Counted from the first letter of the stretch, positions 39,082 through 56,686 are shown. The stretch: 64,000 nt of DNA from Eledone cirrhosa (GCA_964016885.1 OZ024741.1:169942001-170006000); one strand, 5' to 3'. The notes: generated from the letters alone by a model not told the origin. A program made the numbers and translations.

Positions 39082-39865
39082 TCATATGCATTTATGTAGA
39101 TTCATGAGCACATATATTCGTTCGGGCGCGCATACCAACACTCATATACAAGCACTGACACATATATATGTGTGTATGTGTATATATAAACACATAAATG
39201 CATTTATATAACATTGCCCCTAGCAATAACCCAATCAAAATTCTTATCATGCTGACATTATAAATTACTTTTATCATTACATTACTCAGGCAGTATGAAC
39301 TTTTTATTGGTAATTTCTATCACATTCTTACTATGGTTTCGGATAGCTGTTTCCGTTTCTTTCTAAGCCAAGCACTGTTTAACTACATTACTTCAAACTT
39401 TAGTTGACAAATCTTGTCAACCATGCATCATCTAACACATACCACCTTCATTTTCTCATTATACAAGTCAATTAAGAAGTCTGTGCATTGTCAGTTTAGC
39501 TGACATGAAGACCTGTGCACGTTGCTTTTTCCAACGGAGAAATATCTACTCGCTTACGCGAACCAATTAAGAAACTTCTACAAAGTCATAAGAGTCCACA
39601 GCGAACATAATCCCTACGACGAAGACTCTTAGGTGATACTGGAATACACATGCAGAAAACCCTACATGGTCGATCAAACACATTCGAGGATACTTCTATG
39701 GTGACGAAAACTACGCAATTCCTCAAATGAAAACCAGCATACCTCTTTGTGGTCACTTAAACTAGCATGGGTTAAAATCTACGGCTGTAATTTCCAGCCT
39801 TTTTGTATTCTCATGCCTAAATCTCCCTATCTTATGGTACGTGGTATCCTTATTAAGTGAATACT

Positions 39866-40085
39866 GGATAATTGTTTCTAATTTAAGCAGAAAACCAGCA
39901 ATGTATGGGAAGCAGGATGTCAATTGATTATGTTAACTCCAGTAAATTGACTAGTACTCTATTATATTGACAATAATGGAATAATGAAAGGAAAGTTTGA
40001 TTCAGCAGTATTTGAATTCCGAGAGGAAATAGCCGGAAAATTTTCACTTGGAATTTTGTTCGACATTAGCGATTCTGCCAATCAA
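39866..40085 (-). mobile_element. diverged SINE family S1
   Basis: ataattgtttcta..ccagcaa..tgaaaggaaagttt..tttgaattc..gattctgccaatc. Confidence 0.6.
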
Positions 40086-40814
40086 CAACCCCCATGAATG
40101 CTGAATAATAAACTAAAATAAGAGCTAGTGACATGCCTAGAAACTGTTTACGACTGTGGTTCATAAAAGTAACACGAGAAAATATCTACCGGTTTATAAA
40201 CGATGAAATGTCTACGTGATCATTCAAACAGTCCTCTATATAGAGTTGATAAATTTCTCTAAAACAACAAATTAATGTTAAACAAAAGGAAACACAAATT
40301 ATATAATGTTATCGTAAATATACAAAAAGGAATGGTTCGAGTAAAACAAAAAGATAATATACAATCTAGGGCGAGAAAAGAGCACACACTTTCACGCTTA
40401 TCTTAGTAACAAAGCTGACACTCGCTGACAGTGCAGATACATTAAGCTGCAGGCTCAGGTTCATTTGACGAATGAAAGAAGACTAGTGGAAGGAAGAAAA
40501 AAATGAAATGCAGGAGTATGCCGATATTGATCGCACTGGAAACTTTTTCTCGGTAAACATTAGTCTATAATGGATTATTTGGAGGTATACAGTTGCCTGC
40601 CCTATTAAGGATAGGCAAAGTAACTTGATTCAGAGGATGATAACGGCAAGAGCATTTTGGTGAACTGTACCGGAAATAAAGAAAGGCCATTCGATGAACA
40701 TATGACATCAATCCCTATTATACACAAATTTGCATACCTTTTGATGTCTATAGATATAAACGTGCCGACACACACACATACATAAACGCACACATGCATT
40801 GCACACTGATGTGA

Positions 40815-41306
40815 TGGGCACATACATTTTTGTGCACAGGTATTCCAATACGGCAAAGCCTAATGAATTCCCCTTGCAGTACGTGCAATCTGGACGCACT
40901 CCAGATACATATTTGTACACAGGTATACAATTTCTGGACACACTCTAGATACATGTGTACAATTTGTGCACAAGTGTACAATTTGTGCACAAGTGTACAA
41001 TTTGTGCACAAGTGTACAATTTGTGCACAGGTATACAATTTCTGGACACACTCCAGATACATATTTGTGCCCAGGTATTCCAATACGGCAAGGCCTTACA
41101 ATCTGGACACACTCCAGATACATATTTGTACACAGGTATACAATTTCTGGACACACTCCAAATACATGTGTACAATTTGTGCACAAGTATACAATTTGTG
41201 CACAGGTATACAATTTCTGGACACACTCCAGATACATATTTGTGCACAGGTATTCCAATACGGCAAGGCCTAAGGGATCCCCCTTTCAGTACGTACAATC
41301 TGGACA
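40815..41306. repeat. compound minisatellite (19-bp and ~44-bp units)
   Basis: Interleaved gtgtacaatttgtgcacaa and ctggacacactccagatacatatttgtgcacaggtat. Confidence 0.9.
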
Positions 41307-41544
41307 CACACACCCACTCACACGCACCTTGGTATTATGCCAATACTATATATCATTTCACACCTTTTATCATTAAGGTTTTTGATGTTCTATTGAGAGA
41401 ATCGATTTTACTGAAAATATCGAATAATGTACACCATTTTACCAGGAAAAAAAATACTGGTCCACCCCCACACACACACACACATTCTCACACACACACA
41501 TATATACACACACACATACACACGCGTACATTAACATACAAAGA

Positions 41545-41583
<39 letters not shown>

Positions 41584-41690
41584 CTCCGTATAAGACAAGA
41601 GGTGAAAAATATCTTTTAACATGTTAAAATATCCCCCACTCACTTACAAACACATTCCTACTGACCATCCCTCTACCACGAATTACTCTG

Positions 41691-41749
<59 letters not shown>

Positions 41750-42491
41750 TCTTAATAGGCATTTGAACTGTCAACAGGCTGCTGTTCGCACAGACATCCC
41801 TGCTGACCATTATCACAACAACGAACACTTTACTACTACTACTATACACACACACACACACATATTTGTTGTGAAAGAGTCATTTCTCAGTCAGCCGACA
41901 CAAACCTACATTTGCGCAAAATCAATTTTTTACATTCACATGACCTCTACCGACCAATCAAAATTGTTTTGACCACAAGAATTTTTGCAACACGAATTGG
42001 CGCAAAACTTATTTTAAATCCACTGGAGCCACTTTTTTAACATAAAAACAGGTAGAATTCCCAAAACTAATCAGATCAGAGCAAACATCACGGACGCTCT
42101 ATCTCAAAATTATTTTTGAAAAGCATTAGAAATGCGCAACCGGTAAAACTTAAAACCAAAACTGAATACTAACCAATACAATTACTAATTCTCACTTATT
42201 CCTAATTAAACTATTTTTCACTGTGAACAATTTGTCAGCATTTTCTATTCCGTTTACCAATATATATATATATATATACATATATGTGTAAATATGATAA
42301 TAATGATGGCTGCGCGTTGCAAATGGTGGTGCATATGAAAAAGTAAGTCCTTCATCAGTGACCCTCCAACCGTCCCAGGCATTTCATCGCTTTAAGGGCC
42401 ATATATATATATATATATATACATAGAGAGAGAGTGCGTGAGAGATATGGCTTCTACAAGACTAGAACTGTTTACATATATATATATATAT

Positions 42492-43660
<1,169 letters not shown>

Positions 43661-44520
43661 GACTATATATATATATATATATATATTTGGCCGGAGTATC
43701 GCTATTAGCTTTCTCCGATAATGTATTTATTTATTTACTCTTGGAGCAACGGATATGAACTTCCCGATATAAGGTTTGACTCTCTTTGTTCATTTTTATA
43801 TATAAACATTGATTGTTTCTTGTATCTCATTCTGTTATTTTGCCCGAGAAAATATCAATGTGTGTCATCATAAGATGTACACATATGGGTATTTTTTCAG
43901 TTTCAAATTGAGTTCTAGAACGTCGCGTGAATTCCTTTTAGAATTCATTGTTCTGCGCATGTATTGTTTTTTGGCGGTAATTCTCCTTCCTCGTTTTTTG
44001 TGACAGTATGAGAATATCTTTAGAACTGCTGGGCTAGCAACCTCGCAGCTACCTCAAGCACTGTTGGTGATTATCGCTAAATATTGATGTTGATTTGATT
44101 ATCAATATTAATGTTATTGGGCACCCACTGAAGAATTATAAGAGCCCACTTGAATAAGTATCTGTTGATGTTATACAAGCTTATACATAAATTGGTATAA
44201 TATCTCCTAACTTGTAGGAATCTTATAATGAAACGAGACGTCCGTCTGGGAAGAGATATATTTGATATATCTCATATGAAATGATACAGCCATTTTTCCA
44301 CACAATACAATTAGTTAGCACCCCGAACGTTTAATTAGGAATATAATCACTTATTTCCTAATGTTTGTTGAGTGAGTTGGGATTTGGCCGGAGTATCGCT
44401 ATTAGCTTTCTCCAATAATGTATTTATTTATTATATATATATATATGTGTGTATATATATAGTCATATGTATATATATAGACGAATATATATATATAAAC
44501 AGATCTAGTCTGTAGAAGTC

Positions 44521-45468
<948 letters not shown>

Positions 45469-45489
45469 TATATATATATATGTAAATAT

Positions 45490-45622
<133 letters not shown>

Positions 45623-47001
45623 TGAGATTCTACAGGAACTAGAACTGTTTCATTCATTAGAAATCATCTAATGAATGAAATATATATATTGACGTATGTA
45701 TAATTATGTGAGTGCCCCATGTGAAATATGTAGCCATGTCTCGTAGATATTTTATATCATCAGGAGTACAAATCAAACTAAGTAATTCAAATAATACTAT
45801 ATTGTGATGTTACGTCTTATTTAAAAGTAATTTCGAAGTTTGAATAAAATATTTATGGCTTACTTTAAATTATTGATCTTACAAAACGTATCAAAAATAT
45901 TTGAAAGTATATATCTAGAGGTGCTTTTAATATATAGAAGTATTGTCTACAAATTAATCTCTTACGTTTCCATATACAAACTCACGAACATACATATATA
46001 CATATCTTATTTAACTGAAATCGATGTCTGCCAAATCTCTTGAGTTTTGGGTACATTTAACTCGGACAAGTCTTCGCCTATCATTCTCTCACCTTCTCTC
46101 TCTCCCCCTACTCATACATACGTATATATATATTTGTATGTGTGTGCGTTTGTGTGTATGTGCATGTGCATCATGTCGAGAACTTGAGTGCTTTTTAGTT
46201 TTATCTTTTATATATATATATTTGTATTTTTGTGGCAACTTTGTATGAGTTCTCTGGTGTTTGTTTGGAGCAGTAAAATTGCTAAGTCCATCTTTAACTT
46301 TTCTAGACTTTCACAGTCTTATCCTTAGGACAAGGTGAGGTTGGTATGTGTTGCTGCCTCTTTATAGCAAACGGGGAGAATGTGGTTAGTGATGAAGATA
46401 ACATTAGAATTTTAATTGTTGATTAATAGACGTTTACATCGTTTGTTGGTTCACGAATCATATAAAAATGGAGCAATTACAATGCATTGCCCCATGCAAC
46501 ACAAATCAAAAGTAGGTCAGGAATCCTTAGTAGAGAACACATAGATACCGTATAAAATTCCACACAAATACTAGACGATTGGTAATGAAAGCAAGAATCA
46601 TAACCGAGTAGAGTGCTTACACCATTCAAAAGTCTAATGATATATAAATCTAACATGAGAATTATAGGTCAGATGTACAATTTGTAGTGTGTTATTGATT
46701 AGTTAGTTATCAGCACATACTCTTTTATGAAATTATATTGAACAGCTTAATAAAGTCCCAGTTTGTTTATATTATGAATAAATATAAGATCCTCCCGTTT
46801 ACACTTTCTCTGATGAAAGTATAAGGATATAAGTAACAAGTAATATTGAATTTTTACTGCCCAATGCGTTGGGGAGATAAAAGCTTGTGGTGCAACCGCA
46901 TAGTTAAGCTTTCAAAGCGAAAATAAAATTGTTTGTTTATCAAAAACGGTGTACCTCTTTACATTATATTTTGGATTATATCAGTGTGTATTTATATATA
47001 T

Positions 47002-47073
<72 letters not shown>

Positions 47074-47074
47074 T

Positions 47075-47394
47075 CAGTGTACCCCCGTCATTCGCGGTCC
47101 CGGTTATTCGTGGAATTTTCCTTAGAAACTAACTAATAATTGTTTGGAGAAACCGCTGCATATTCGCGGAATCGTAAATATTTTTCGCAAATTTTTAATG
47201 ATTTTTTTCGTGGCTAGATATATTTTTTCATACCTTTTAACACTAAATTATTAATATCAATATAGCATATTTGTCGACCTATATTTTACGATATGTTTTG
47301 AGGTTTATAGGCATCTTTAAACGTTACGTTCCTAGAACACCCACATCGTGGGTGTTTTAAGAACGTAGCCTGCGCGAATACAATGTGACAACTG
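47075..47394. mobile_element. pogo/Tigger-like MITE
   Basis: CAGT.....CG.CATTCGCG at left, CGCGAATAC.....ACTG-TA at right. Confidence 0.55.
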
Positions 47395-47962
47395 TATATA
47401 TATATACATCGTTCATAAGTAAATTTCTCACCAATATACATAACATCTCAATGAAACAACATCGCCGGGGCTGTGGGTGGGCCCCATCGCGTACCGTTGT
47501 AGTTGTTGTATACATATATTAACTCATCAATCCCATTGTCCTAATAATATATAAATATAGAAATTCTAACTTTAAATTGGTTAACTAAGAGTCTATCACT
47601 AGGGAAAGATGCTTGCTAAGTATTTACTGAGATCTACTCGTCAGTGATTTATATATGATGTTCTATATGTATTTATACACACACATGCACACGCACACAC
47701 ACACACATATATTGGATCGTCAAGTCTGAAATTTGTAGAAATTTATAGAAAAACAAACAAATTTCTACAAATTTCAAGTTGACGACCCAGATGTGTGTGT
47801 ATGTATGTGTGTGTGTGTGTGTGTGTATGTGTGTATATACAAACATAAAAACACATGCACACATACAAACATACATACATAGAAACGTCTGTTCATATGT
47901 CCTGGCAACGACAGAGAAACATTATCTTGGTGATAACAGATGTTAACAAAAACGAAAAACCA

Positions 47963-48125
47963 CAAATAATTGGTTCTACTTTTAGCACAAGGCCAGCAAT
48001 TATTCCAGTGCATTACTGGTACTTTATTTAATCGTCCCCGTAAGGATGAAAGGCAAAGTTAACCATGGCAGGATTTAAACTCAAACCGTAACTCTTTGCT
48101 GCAAAGCAGGGTGTCCGAACCTGCC
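47963..48125 (-). mobile_element. SINE family S1
   Basis: Match to 421-616. Confidence 0.8.
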
Positions 48126-48189
48126 AGCATATATTACAAAAATACAAAAAAACGATTGCTGACCTACGGAAAACTATAGGATATGTGAC

Positions 48190-49885
48190 AATGCTCTCTA
48201 CATGCAAACAAAAACATAAACATTTCACTCCTCACCAAAAAAGAGGGGAAAATAAAATATGATGTTTGGAGACAATACAACCAGAACTCTTCAATACACT
48301 GATCACCCTCAAATAAGAATTGAGAGCTGTCAGCGAGAAATTTCGATACCAGAGGAAGAGGGGGAGTGATTGATAAATAATAAATAAACAAAATTTAGAG
48401 GAAACCAAACCGCGATGTCCGAGGTGCGACAACATAGGAGGAGTATGGTTACAATCTGACTGGACTCCAGGAAAACATTCGATTCTCTTCCTCACTCTTG
48501 GATGATAGAGGCCCTCAGACATGCTAAAGTCTCAGACACTATTATTAGAACCACAGAGAACCTATCTTCTGCTTTGGCTACTACCCTAAAGTTAAATACA
48601 GAGAAAGAGGACTTTCTTTTCACTGCTCAAGAAATGTGAAGCATACATCATTGGCTCAAAGGAATATTTCACCCGATTAAAAAAAATATGGTCATATGAA
48701 ATCTCTGCCCACAATAGAACAGTGGCTCACAATGTGTTTGCTGTGCCTATCCTAACAAAAACATTCGGAATACTCAACTAGACAATAGATGAACTATGAG
48801 ATATCGATTTTAAAATCCGAAAAAATCTTAAATAATACCAGAAATTTCTACATCTACATATTGAAACTTAAACAGGGAGGCAGAGGCCTAACATCAGTCC
48901 CGACAGCATTCGGGTGTCGCATCATATCCCTCCGACAACACCTACAAACCACCAAGCGTTGGAGCCCATGTATTAAGTAAGTTTGTCTACATGAGACAGA
49001 TGGGATGATGAGAGTTGAGAAGGAGCTCTTCCATGATGATCAAAAACTCGCACCCAAGGAAATTGCCCAGCAATACCGCAATGAATCCATGGAGGAAAGG
49101 TTGCATGCTTATCAGCAAAAATCATAGATGGATATATTGCCAGGAGGCTCCAACAATGAGAGTAATAGAGATAAGCAAAGTAGTCTATCTTGAACCAACA
49201 ATCGCTATATTGACACTCACTTTGAAGGACATGCTTTTGAAATTCAAGAACAGGAAATCAACACAAAATACCTGATTCACAAAAGAGATAGCGATGCAGG
49301 TAATACACCTAGATGTGGCAACAAATGCAGATGTCACTCATGTCATAAGCAGTTGTCCAACGATGTCATCATGGAATTATCTACCTATGAGGCATGATGT
49401 AGTGGCCAAAACAATGCAATCCGTAGAAAAGATAATAAACACATTAAAATCTACAGCAATGTGGAAGACACAGTTATACAAAATATGAAAGAGTACTGGT
49501 GGAATGTTCCAGTAAAAACACCAATAAAATCCAGGCATAACAGACCAGATATAATGATGTGCGACAGGGAAAAGAAGGCATGCACAGTAGTGGAAGTTAG
49601 CTGCCGAGCAGATGCCAATATAATATTAAAGATTAGCGAAAAGGAGAATATGTATGCAGAACTAATGAGGAATCTGCAGATTCTCCACCTTGACTATGCC
49701 TTCAGAATTATACATGTGATCATTGGGGATCTGAGATATGTTACTAATTTACTCGGTACAAATCCTGAGAATTTGTGCTTCACAGAATCAGAAGGAACAG
49801 AACTTGTTAGGAAGTTACAAGTACAATCCATTAATTGAACTGCCAAATATGTAAAACATTTCAAATATTCTGCATGTAATAACTA
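48190..49885 (+). pseudogene. degenerate R4/Dong- or NeSL-like (REL endonuclease) LINE
   Basis: GGRGL, HVISSC...RHD.VAK, WWN..HNRPDI..D......VVEVSC..D.N...K..EK...Y. Confidence 0.75.
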
Positions 49886-50015
49886 CATATACACACGTAT
49901 AGATACAGAACATATGCACGTGTACACATATAACCCAAAACATACAGATCCACAATAAAATAACATCCAACCACACCCACACACCCACGCATGCAGATAT
50001 GCATACATATTTACA

Positions 50016-50104
<89 letters not shown>

Positions 50105-50789
50105 GGAAAAATGAAACGAAATTTCATTTTCCACTCTTAGTACGGCTGTTACTTAAATATAAGTATGTACACGTACATACATATTTGTATACAAACGTAC
50201 AGTAGTATGTATATTTATATACATACATGCACACATATATATATGTACGTATGGATTCACCGAACATTTATTATAATGCTCGGTGTGTTTGTAAACAAAC
50301 ATCCCGTATTAAGCCGTAGTGTCTAGCAACCATCGTTGCTCGTTTGTTCAACACTGACAAAGGAACGCTGTACTAGTTTCAAGCTTATTACCTATCGTCA
50401 GCAACGTACACCTTTTTGCCAGATTGTTTAACGTATATACTTACCTTATGCATATTAACGGCTGAGTAGCCCAATTTGCATATCGAGTGGGTACATTAAA
50501 AAGTAATAATAATGATAAGGAAATGAGGAAATGGAGAATACAAAGAAATACAAGAAATAAAAGAAATAAAGGAATCAGATAGTGTACATAGAATTACATT
50601 TTAGTAGTTTTTGAGGAAGTGTTATTTGGTGCTAACCTGAGAGACCAGATTTGAGGTGTAGATAAGTTTGTGTGGAGGGTCCGATAGAGGAAAGACAATA
50701 AATTAGAGATTAATTGATTTATGATACTTATGGGTTGACAGGGCTTTTGATAAATGTTTGCTGTAGATATTTTGCTGGTTGATCACAGC

Positions 50790-52304
50790 TGGCCGAAAAG
50801 AGTACTCCTACATAGGGGCGACCTCGACTACGTTTAAGGCCCGCTGGTATAACCACAAAAGCTCCTTCAAACACAGGCCCAAACAAGACTGGCGAACTTG
50901 ATCTGGGACCTCAAAAACAAGAACATAGAATACCAGATCAAATGGTCAATTAAAAGACGCGTGGCTCAACTCCCGAGCGACAGAAACCACTGCAGGTTAT
51001 ACCTGGCCGAGGCGGCTGAGATCATTAAATTGAAATCGGCAATAAACTCAAGATCTGACATAATTATAAACTGTAGACACACCAGGATGACCACCTTCTC
51101 TGCACAAACATTCGGCCGAGGGACACCCACTAACCATGACTCAACATAGGGTTAACCACATTTGCCTTGCCACACCGTCCCTCATCTCAGTACATTTGTC
51201 TTCTCTAACATGTAACCCATTGTAAGATCCGATTTTTAAAATATCGTGTCGCACCCACCACCCCACCACCGCCACCACCAGACACATCGCCATACATTGT
51301 GTTATATCTGTCCTCTCTTGTAACCCATCGTCACATCCGATCCTGTAAATATCATGTCGAACAAATCACCCACACCACCACCACCACCACCACCACCGAC
51401 AAACACATCGCCATACGTCGATCATCCCTCATTCACAACCTTGTTTTCCCCGTGTTCCCTATGTCACTGTTTAACCATCGTAAAATTCGATCCTGTAAAT
51501 ATCATGTCACATCCACCACCACCACCACCACCAGGCACATCGCCATACTTCCACAACCATCAACATCACCAACACATATCATCGCTCCCTAAACAACGTA
51601 TGTGTGTGTGTGTCTGTGTGTAAGTATATTTGTACAACGCCATCTCCACTGGCTCTCTCTATATATATATCTATACACATGTGTATGTATGCAACGTATT
51701 TGTCAGACTAAGTGTGTCTATATATGTATCTCCTTATGGAAATGAAACCACGAACACAATCACCACACCACCATAAACACCGCAACCTTTCATCTTTATC
51801 ACAAATAACAACACCACACCCACACCACACCCAAAAATAAGCCACATCTATATGCCAAACTGTCTACCGACAACCAGAACCCCCTCAACCGCCGCCCACT
51901 TCAACCTGCGACCGTCACCACCAACTTATGACCCCCCCCCACTTAACAGGCAAAACCATCCCTATGAATTAATCCGCCAATCAAAACAAACTTTAATGAG
52001 CACCATAGGAACTTCTGACTTTATCATACAGCATGTATTCATTTTTCTATAAACATTACAAGGGGTCTGACGAGCTGCGGTTTACAGAGTCGGGTCAGAT
52101 CGATACAGATCAAACCTTGAGCTGATCAGTGGCGAAACGCACGTCACCAACCAATAAACGTAATGAAGGAGTAACCAATCGTCCTTGTTATCTTATTTCA
52201 CTATAATACACTCTGTCTAGCTCTACACCTCGACACTGATGTGAACCTAAACAACGAGTGCTCACCCGGGTGAACCTACAGTAACTACAAGTTACACTCC
52301 CTGG

Positions 52305-52305
<1 letters not shown>
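50790..52305 (+). mobile_element. 5'-truncated Penelope-like element (EN C-terminus + 3' UTR)
   Basis: YIGATSTTFKARWYNHKSSF..IWDLK..IKWSI..CRL..E..INSRSD..CRH; same EN type as 3150-4095. Confidence 0.8.
52064..52148 (+). ncRNA. type-I hammerhead ribozyme motif
   Basis: ggt-CTGACGA-gctgc..gtggc-GAAA-cgcacg-TC-acc, followed by AATAAA. Confidence 0.7.
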
Positions 52306-52385
<80 letters not shown>

Positions 52386-52389
<4 letters not shown>

Positions 52390-52590
52390 GAAGGAAGTGT
52401 GGTAAGGAACCAGATGGACCATATCGCACCAGAGTACTCAATACTTAGAGTAGTACAGTGGGTAATATGAACATATTTAACGCCGACGGCAGAGCTCAAG
52501 CCGTTTCGACGGCTATTTCTGGACTAAATTTCAGAAATAACCGTGGAAACGGCTTGAGCTCTGCCGTCGGGGTTAAACATTTTCATATAT
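52386..52590. mobile_element. family F-related mini fold-back
   Basis: Arms ~52468-52523 and ~52534-52588 carry GAAAcggc..gccgTCggggt; tail related to 15540-15620 and 44595-44650. Confidence 0.75.
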
Positions 52591-52593
52591 ATA

Positions 52594-52667
<74 letters not shown>

Positions 52668-53288
52668 TATTCTCTGCAATTGCGTGCACAGCGAGTATGC
52701 ATGGCACAACTCACTGCGTGTTGCATATTTGTAGTGCTTATAATTATATGTGTATGTATAGTGTATGTTCAACTATTTTCATATTGCTCGTTCCTAGATG
52801 TTAGAAGATTTTATAACCGTTTCTTCTCCTGTCCCATTAGATCCTTGTTTGCGTGTGTGCCTGTACCATTTATTGTGTGTATTACTGATGTAATTTCGTT
52901 GCTTATGCCTTCTACACTGCTGCCTTATATTTTCATACAGTCTGGCTCTCAAAACCTCTCTCTCATTTCAATTGATCTCGAACTTACTACAAAATGTTAG
53001 CCTCTCTATTATCTTTCTATTTACTGCGACATCATTCATCTTGCTCACCAATTTTATCCTCTTTCTCTGCAGTTTCCACACAATCTCACTACGGCTATCC
53101 ATTCTTCATTAACCAGTTTGCTGACGTGACAATAACACTTCTCTATCTGATCAACACTAAGACGGATGGAAAGTACACTTTCGGCAAACCCACAGACCAA
53201 ACTCTTCTATGAACTCTCCTCCGTATTTTCTCCAAAGGAGACGAACACAAGTTTCCTTGCATTTTATCTTCTCTCTTTCTTTCTTTTT

Positions 53289-53382
<94 letters not shown>

Positions 53383-54414
53383 TTCCTTTCTTTCTATCTA
53401 TCCATCTGTCTGTCTGTATGTCTGTCTGTCTGCCTGCCTGTCTGTCTGTCTCTATGTCTGTCTGTCTGTCTGTCTGTCTATCTGTCTATCTATCTATCTA
53501 TCTATTCAAGCATGTGTGCATAAGCCTTTTACTTCAATTCCATCAGTTTGTGACAACAAACACATGCACATAGGAACACAGACACACACGCACGCACACA
53601 CATAAATTTATATATGCAGATTCAGAAGCTTACACAAATCATACAAATATGCAGAGACTTAGGTACACACGGGCACACACACTTATACATATGCATATCC
53701 CACATACTGCCACAGACATAAGTATGGTACAGAACAGCGTAAATTATTGGAAAAATAAGAAAAGTAAGTAAAACAAAATGGCGTAATATAATTTTTTTTA
53801 TTCCAAAGACATCCTACACAATTGATTATATAGTTAACGATTATATATTTGTTCTTTCTATATCAATATTAGCGAGGAAAATAGTAGACAAATGTGGAAA
53901 ATTGCTAAGACTGAAACACAGCAAAGAAAAAAATACATAGAAAAATGAAAAACAGTGACAACAAAAAGAAACAATGAATGGAGATTCAGACTCGAAATGA
54001 AACCGATGAATATTCATGAATTTAACGATATGTAATCAATATACTGTTATACTAAATAAACCTGTCAGTTGCATGTGGCATATAACACCTATTTTATCTT
54101 CTTTCTAGCTTTCATATTTTTCGCCTTCTACAGTATTCTTGTTTCGTCATCTACTCCATTTTCCCCTTCTTTGCTCTGTTCTCATCCCTCCGCTTTCTCA
54201 TACAATATACTCTCTATGTACGCTGTATTTTCTATACTCGCTATATTCATAATTGCAGAAACCAAGCCTTAGTTCCGGATTTTGATATGGTAATATCATA
54301 CCCACTCGAAATCATTTTTGGTTATTGGGTTTATATTTTTAATAATACAAACTTAATTATATCATTGAGTGAGGAAACGACCGTGGCCGTGTCGATTATC
54401 TTCGACTATAGAAA

Positions 54415-54642
54415 AAATAAATTTGTCGATCGACTTTCTTCAAATCGGACCTAGAAAACAATGTTTCCGTCGGTTTTTCCAATTGCTAATGCTCTCCATC
54501 GGTCTCAACTCCAGGTAGAAAGAGCAACGTGAAATAAAGTGTCTTACTCAAGGACATAACGCATCCCCCGGTCCAGGAATCGAACTGACAACCTCACGAT
54601 TGTGAATCCAGTTCTCTAACCAATCAACCAAACGCCTTCACT
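54415..54642 (-). mobile_element. SINE family S3
   Basis: Reverse complement of 20987-21405 with a single unit. Confidence 0.8.
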
Positions 54643-54983
54643 ATATTCGACTAAATTGGACCCGACTCCAGCATCGATCGGCTCGTCAGAGTTGGTGATT
54701 CTCAGCGTTTAAGCATAAGAGTATATATGAAAGCATATATTATATGTTTATATACAATAACCATGTGGTAGACTTTACATCTCGTTCTTCTCATTCCTAT
54801 ACAAAACCTTTACAAATCTCACCATACTTCTGATATTACTCAATCTTGTCAATAGCTAGCAAGTTTAGTGATTCGCTTACAATTTCGCTTTATCTCCTTT
54901 TCTGTTTATTATTATTACTATATATATATGTATATATATGTGTGTGTGTGTGTGTGTGACACACACACACACACACACACACG

Positions 54984-55024
<41 letters not shown>

Positions 55025-55029
<5 letters not shown>

Positions 55030-55940
55030 ATAAAGTATGAATTCCTACGTGTAAAAAATCCATATAGGGAAACAAGTATTATCCAACCGTATGCCAATGT
55101 GGTTCTATGGCGGGTTAACAAGCCAGAACATATAAAATCAAGGTCTAGCAAATAGAGAAAAAGTTTTAAAATAAATTTAAAAAAAATTCGCTGTAATTAC
55201 TATATGTGCCTTTACCGCGGTTTCATGCTCCAGAATAAACGGAAAATCCAAGCGGATTTCAATTGAGAAGGGAGCAATCTTCAGAAGGCTCTTCTCCCTT
55301 GGAGAATATAAAATTCCCGAGTTCAAATCACAAACTGACGCCATACAAAACCATTCCCAAATGAGAGCGGACGATGAAAGAAATAATTCTGTCTGTGCCG
55401 TGTGCAAAGACAAAAGGCAGGGTGGATAGGTCAATGTTCTTTGCTAGACCTTAATTTTATATGTTCTGGCTTGTTAATTTATTAACCCGCCATAGAACCA
55501 CATTGGCATACGGTTGGATAATACTTGTTTCCTTATATGTATTTTTTACACCTAGGAATTCATACTTTATTATTATTGATCTTCCCCTAAGGTAGAGATA
55601 AAATGTTGGCCGTTTGGACTGCTGCTATTTCTAGTGGCAGGACATTGACCTGTCCACCCTGCCTTTTGTCTTTGCACAGGGCACCAGACAGAATTATTTC
55701 TTTCATCATCCGCTCTCATTTGTGAATGGTTTTGTTTGGCGTCAATTTGTGATTTGAACTCGGGAATTTTATATTCTCCGAGGGAGAAGAGCCTTCTGAA
55801 GATTGGTCCCTTCTCAATGGAAATCCGCTTGGATTTTCCGTTTATTCTGGAGCATGAAACCGCGGTAAAGGCACATATAGTAAGTACAGCGAATTTTTAA
55901 AAATTTATTTAAAAACTTTTTCTCTATTTGCTAGACCTTG

Positions 55941-55945
<5 letters not shown>
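55025..55945. mobile_element. family D fold-back of a 487-bp terminally redundant monomer (retrozyme-like)
   Basis: ttgctagacctt at 55441 and 55928; hammerheads gcctt-CTGAAGA..GAAA-ccgcgg-TA-aaggc at 55791-55872(+) and 55208-55289(-). Confidence 0.8.
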
Positions 55946-56005
<60 letters not shown>

Positions 56006-56078
56006 GAACCATAATACGAACCATAATATTATGGTTCGCTCCTCCTTTCTCATTAAATATTAAAACCCCTATTGCTTT

Positions 56079-56227
<149 letters not shown>

Positions 56228-56424
56228 ATGTCTGCTCTGGCCCAGAGTAGTAGTACCTGTTAGAGCTCCATTTATGGGTTAAATAATAAGCCATTGAAAA
56301 GAACAATCTCGGGAATTTACCCGCCTTATATATATATATATATTTATATTATAAGTAACGGCGATGAAGTTTCATTTTTATGTTTCCATTGATTATCAAC
56401 CTGAGACAAAGATTCACAGACGAA

Positions 56425-56686
56425 TGTAAAAACACTCCATTGTGTAGGATAGAATAAAGGAGAGACACAAAATAAAAACCTAGTCACTGAAGAGGTCAGA
56501 GAATGTATGATGAAAGAGCTTTGACAGGTTATCGAACCAACCAACCGGAAATTTATAATAAATTGAAGTGAAAACCATAGGTGCGTGTGTTTTTATTGGC
56601 AGCATGACCCTACCAAAGTATAACAATATCTGTTTCAATACACGTTTTCAGATAGGAAATCTTCCAAAACAAAATTCATAAACGTA

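Noticed and set aside
40540-40720. Possible host exon
   Set aside because: No recognisable domain or supported splice context.
42345-42400. Minus-strand GAAA...CTGATGA permuted hammerhead
   Set aside because: No convincing stems.
46805-46925. CTGATGA hammerhead candidate
   Set aside because: Stems I and III could not be closed.
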